From: Chromera velia | Lineage: Eukaryota | NCBI GenBank assembly: GCA_018398765.1 | Contig: JAHBMJ010000335.1 | Location: 1-50,268, forward strand | DNA length: 50,268 bases | Direction of reading: 5' to 3' | Shown: piece after piece, positions 48,201 through 50,268 of the stretch | Layout: each line of letters begins with the position of its first letter | How positions within the stretch are numbered: position 1 is the first letter of the stretch | Position numbers and translations under genes: made by a program | Notes under the pieces: model-generated | Seen by the model: only the letters and a program-made list of their open reading frames with translations | The model's database searches: none | What the model was told of the DNA's origin: nothing

Positions 48201-49479
48201 CTTGCAACATAGGCACACCACCGCCCTCCCCTATCATCATTCCCCCATGCAGCCCATCCCCGAGACAAGAAGTATGATGAGGATCAAGCTCCGCCGTTCC
48301 TCCCTGCGCACCCGCAGGACAATGCGGAGGAGGCTGGTTGCCACTATTGCTGTGCAAGTGAATCGGGACAGTGTCACCGCGGTGCTCTGCCTCGGGATGC
48401 TGGTTGTTGTTCTGGTGCAGGAGAGGGGGCATCATCATCATCGCGGCATCATCGTGGTCGAACAGAGGAGGGGGGACTCCGACCACCATCCCCCCAGACA
48501 GACCTGAAAGGGAAGGGCGGGGGAGAGGCCAGAGAGAGAGAAAGGGTGCAATGCAAAGCTATGTATGCAATGCTGCATCATGCATGCAACATCCTCCACA
48601 ATTAACAGAATTACAGACAGCTAGCGCAGTCCTCGGGGAGTGAAATGGACGCACAGTTGTGTCTCGATGATTTGAGACCAACTGAATCCTGGCTGTTGAC
48701 AAAAGCACACAAGCCATCTGCATAAGAACGAAAGCGGAGCACCGCACAGCGGCGTCAGAAAGAGGACATGGGAGTGGGAATAAACGTGCCGGCCTGGCTA
48801 TGGCGCTTTGGCACATAGTTTCTTTCAGCTGCCAATGACCTCGTGCAAGTCGCTGATTGTCTCACTTACGCACTCACCAAGTCACTCACTCTCCCCGCCT
48901 TCCCTCCCCCGCCTTCCTCTCTCCCTGCCTCCCTCCCTCCCTCTCCCTCTCCCTCCCCTCTCCCTCTCCCCCCCCTTCTCTCTCTCTCCCTCCCTCCCTC
49001 CCTCCCTCTCTTGCTCTCTCTTTTCTGTTGCACACCCCCTCCCACACTCGCCTGCTCCACCTTCTCACCCACCTTCTTCATACTGTTTCCTGAGTGCGTT
49101 CTTTTGTTCCAGATTCATTCCGTTGAACTCCACTTCCCCCAGTCCACTCGCCTCCACGAAATGTCTGAAGCCCTCCGCGAGCCCCTGCCAAGAAGCATTC
49201 GACCACTCTGTGTCTGTACGCACAAACAAGCAGGAGCATTGTGGAGTGTCAAGCCAGCAACAGAGGGGGACGGAGACATCCACAGGTTCCTTCTTGGCGG
49301 CACAGAGACGGCAGCAATCAAAAGTCGGGGTCAAGATACGGGAAGAACTGCGATTTCATTGGATCACAAACACGGAAGATCTCGCATCTCTGACCTGCGC
49401 CTGTCCCTTCATGTCCCGGTCCCGGAATGAGAGCGCCCGGCAGTCCTTGGCGATTCCGACCTACGGACTGCTCAGACAT
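45229..49479 (-). CDS. ~788-aa putative nucleic-acid-binding protein with an AT-hook and two arrays of CxHx6CxxC zinc-binding repeats
   Basis: Phase-1-compatible exons 49479-49395, 49213-49073, 48503-48093, 47447-47088 and 46598-45229 (2367 nt). AT-hook RRGRGRPPK at 46518-46492. Six plus ten repeats of the type CEHGKRKDRCKECGG. Confidence 0.8.
47820..48010. repeat. Intronic (GGAA)n-rich low-complexity tract
   Basis: Directly visible; lies within the predicted intron 48092-47448. Confidence 0.9.
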
Positions 49480-50268
49480 TGCGGCTACACAAGCGTGGAC
49501 ACGTTCTCACGTTCTCCAGCTTTCTCAAGAGGCTGACTTTGGAAGACTAGTCTCCCTCCCTCTGTGTAGCTTCTACACGTTCCTTGTGCTCAGTATCTTG
49601 GCTACCCGGAATATCTACGTTAAGTGACCTTTCCTCCGTGATTCTGCCGCATCTACCGACATCATTTGGCACACTTCCGAGTCGCAGTCCGTAAGGAGAT
49701 TGGAGAAGAGAGAAGAGAGAGGGAAATGGACCGAGTGCAGATGAGTGCAGAAAGATGCGAGTCTGACAGAGAGACGGCGGCTGTCCGAGGTTGTGGCGGC
49801 GCGATGGCGGCGCGCTTAAGCTCTCGCAATTATTAATATATATAATTAAGCGATCGATCGCGAGCGCGTATACGTACGTACGTGCATCCACATGGCGACG
49901 CCATGCGACGCCCGCTGCATGGAGATCGAAGAATCTGACTCAGACAGAGTCGATCAGACTGACTGACCTTCAGTTGACTTTCACAATTGACTTTTCACTG
50001 CAGATTCTCAATGACTGCCTGTGAGGCCTCTTCCAGCTTTGCGCTCTGAGCACCTCATTTGAAAGCTCCTTCAATTTGTACAGCATCCCCGCCACTTTGT
50101 CGGATTTTTGCACTCAAGCGCTGTTGGGACTCAGTTGGGGCCAACAAAGAAACTTTCTTGTACGTCAGCACAGAGGCTGATGATGGAGGACGACTTGGAG
50201 CCGCCTGTTGCCGCAGAGTACCGAGATGATCCCCACGAGGCAGGTCAGAAACCAAACCCCTGCCATCT

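Noticed and set aside
50055..50268. Possible terminal exon of a neighbouring minus-strand gene
   Set aside because: Short, cut by the window edge and without a recognisable motif.

Overview
Eukaryotic genomic window with GC-rich exons, GT-AG introns full of microsatellites and frequent TGCATGCA octamers. This style suggests a chromerid-like alveolate such as Chromera (inference only). In order: a decayed Ty3/Gypsy chromovirus (1-4920); an unclassified ~2.9 kb element bounded by inverted palindromic motifs with a pseudogenised intronless ORF ending in a GRF-like zinc finger (6652-9533); a secreted Cys-repeat protein gene (- strand, includes a GC-AG intron); a 1.37 kb TIR element with TA target duplication and a non-transposase cargo ORF (15642-17015); a low-complexity hypothetical gene; a secreted protein with 47-aa tandem repeats (23788-26844); a long (GAA/GCA)n tract; WDR46/UTP7 (- strand); a 4-exon gene for a ~1583-aa secreted protein with three tandem MACPF-like domains, a Cys-rich domain and a C-terminal C39-like cysteine peptidase (37291-42974); and an AT-hook plus CxHx6CxxC zinc-repeat gene (45229-49479). 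The triple-MACPF/peptidase fusion is the most interesting object. Gene models were assembled by hand from splice signals and phase compatibility; no database searches were run.
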